A stretch of 15,327 nucleotides of DNA from Candidatus Krumholzibacteriia bacterium (GTDB lineage: Bacteria > Krumholzibacteriota > Krumholzibacteriia > WVZY01): NCBI GenBank assembly GCA_036478295.1, contig JAZGDW010000039.1, forward strand, positions 1-15,327, given 5' to 3'. This document shows positions 13,676 through 15,327 of the stretch, one piece after another; the stretch's first letter is position 1; every line of letters starts with the position of its first letter. A program made the position numbers and the translations under genes. Below the pieces are notes generated by a model that was not told the origin of the DNA, did not search any database, and saw only the letters and a program-made list of their open reading frames with translations.

Positions 13676-14659
13676 ATGACCGTATTGAGACTCGAAAATA
13701 TCTCCAAGTCCTTTTCGCGCGGATTCTGGGGCCGCAAGCTCTCCGTACTCTCCGGTCTCGACCTGAGTATCGAGCAAGGGGAGGTGTTTGGCCTGCTCGG
13801 ACACAACGGCGCCGGTAAGACCACGGCGATGCGTATCATGCTCGGCATGCTGCGCCCTGATGGGGGGAGCGTGAGGATTTTCGGCGAGGAAGGGGCCTCT
13901 CGAGAAGCCCGAGCGAGGATCGGCTACCTGGGCGATGAAAATGGTCTTTATCCCCATTTCAACGCCGAAGAAATGATGCAGCTCACCGGTGAGCTATTTC
14001 GCATGGACCCCAGGGTATTGACCGAACGGCGGCGCGAGCTTCTTAGAGAAGCCGGCCTCGAACCCCACTCAACCGTCAGAATCAAGAAATTCTCAAAGGG
14101 GATGCGGCAGCGCCTCGCCATCGCTCTGACCCTCCTCGGGGACCCGGAATTCCTGATCCTGGACGAACCGTACAGCGGCCTGGACCCGATCGGTCGCCGG
14201 CGCGTGCGGAGACTCCTGCTGGATCTGAAGGAGCGGGGCAAGACCATCCTGCTCAGCTCGCACATCGTCCCCGATGTCGAAGCGGTCTGCGACCGCGTCG
14301 GTATCCTGAAGGACGGCCGGCTGCAGAAATGCCTGTCCCTGAACGATGTTGCCAAAGAGGAGTCGAGCGACATCGAAGTGACCGTGGCGGGCATGGCTCC
14401 GGACGCTTTCGAGGCGGCGAGCGGCGTGGAGCTGGTCGACCGTGGCGGCAAGATGCTGACGCTACGCTGCAAGAGCCGCCGCATGGTCCAGGCAGTGGTT
14501 TCCAAGACCTACGACCTGGGAGGAGACGTGCTCGAAGTCAAAGCGGTCAGGTTTAACCTCGAAGATTATCTCTTCGAGGCGCTTACCTCGGAGCCCCGAG
14601 CGGCCACCGCTCCGGCCGAGACTCCAACGCGGGACGAGACGTATGCGCACACCCGCTAG
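13676..14659 (+). CDS. ABC transporter ATP-binding protein, pilus-associated (Myxococcus PilH-like)
   Basis: Walker A GHNGAGKTT, signature FSKGMRQR, Walker B LILDEP, H-loop LSSH. Located downstream of pilA. Confidence 0.9.
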   Translation: MTVLRLENISKSFSRGFWGRKLSVLSGLDLSIEQGEVFGLLGHNGAGKTTAMRIMLGMLRPDGGSVRIFGEEGASREARARIGYLGDENGLYPHFNAEEMMQLTGELFRMDPRVLTERRRELLREAGLEPHSTVRIKKFSKGMRQRLAIALTLLGDPEFLILDEPYSGLDPIGRRRVRRLLLDLKERGKTILLSSHIVPDVEAVCDRVGILKDGRLQKCLSLNDVAKEESSDIEVTVAGMAPDAFEAASGVELVDRGGKMLTLRCKSRRMVQAVVSKTYDLGGDVLEVKAVRFNLEDYLFEALTSEPRAATAPAETPTRDETYAHTR

Positions 14660-15326
14660 AGGTCCCAATCCCATATTCACGATCGCCCGCTTTACCGTAC
14701 GTGGGTATCTCAAGGAGCGGGTGTTGCTCGTCGTTGTGGCATTTGCCTTTATCCTCATGATCGCGTCGTACGTGCTGGCACCGCTCGCGGTGGGGGCCCA
14801 GAACAAGATCATCGTGGATATCGGGCTGGCGTCGATCTCGTTGCTCGGCGTCCTGCTTGTGATCCTGCTCGGTGCGAGCTCGTACTCGCGCGAGAAGGAA
14901 AAGGGAATCCTGCCCAGCCTGCTCGCGAAACCCATTAGCCGCGTGGACTTCGTGCTTGGAAAGTATCTTGGCACGACCATCACAATATCGGCCGTCATGG
15001 TCTTTATGGGGTGCATTTACCTGCTGGTGATGGCGTTGAGTCGCAGCGAGCTGAACGCGACGATGTTCCTCGCCATGTACCTGTCGGTCATCGAGGTTGC
15101 GCTCCTGACCGCCGTCATGACCTTTTTCTCGTCGTTCACGTCGCCGCTGCTCAGCTCCTTCTTTACCTTGTGCGTGTTTGTCGCGGGCCACCTGAGCAAG
15201 GATCTGTTCGCGTTCGCCGAACACTTCGGCAATGCCGCTTTCCGCCTGCTGGCGAGTATCGGGTTCTACGCCCTGCCGAACCTTTCCCTGATGAACATCC
15301 GTTCCGAAGCGGTCCACAACCTGCCG
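14643..15326 (+). CDS. ABC-2 type permease (Myxococcus PilI-like), 3'-truncated by window edge; absent from the ORF track
   Basis: Manual translation from ATG 14643 (overlaps the ATPase end by 17 nt): MRTPARGPNPIFTIARFTVRGYLKERVLLVVVAFAFIL...DIGLASISLLG...REKEKGILPSLLAKPISRVDFVLGKYLG... It is hydrophobic and open to the window end. Confidence 0.87.
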   Translation, partial: MRTPARGPNPIFTIARFTVRGYLKERVLLVVVAFAFILMIASYVLAPLAVGAQNKIIVDIGLASISLLGVLLVILLGASSYSREKEKGILPSLLAKPISRVDFVLGKYLGTTITISAVMVFMGCIYLLVMALSRSELNATMFLAMYLSVIEVALLTAVMTFFSSFTSPLLSSFFTLCVFVAGHLSKDLFAFAEHFGNAAFRLLASIGFYALPNLSLMNIRSEAVHNLP

Positions 15327-15327
15327 C

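Overview
High-GC bacterial chromosomal segment with all credible genes on the + strand. From left to right it holds: the 3' part of hutI (imidazolonepropionase); a TPR protein with a long Pro/Ala/acidic linker (SgmX/FimV-C-like); a compact three-gene unit (ECF-type S component, TonB-dependent-receptor-like outer membrane protein, ComEA-like HhH protein) behind a sigma70-type promoter whose -35 box is triplicated by a 15-bp tandem repeat; and a Myxococcus/Geobacter-style type IVa pilus cluster, pilB-pilT-pilC-pilS-pilR-pilA, followed by a PilH-like ABC ATPase and a PilI-like permease (truncated). Consensus-spaced sigma54 -24/-12 elements precede both pilB and pilA. The pilA promoter also has an exact IHF consensus, and a strong terminator follows pilA. 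No mobile elements, CRISPR arrays or structural RNA genes were recognised. The most unusual features are the S-component/TBDR/ComEA unit, the apparent sigma54 control of the operon containing pilSR, the triplicated -35 box, and point deviations in PilB and PilR motifs.
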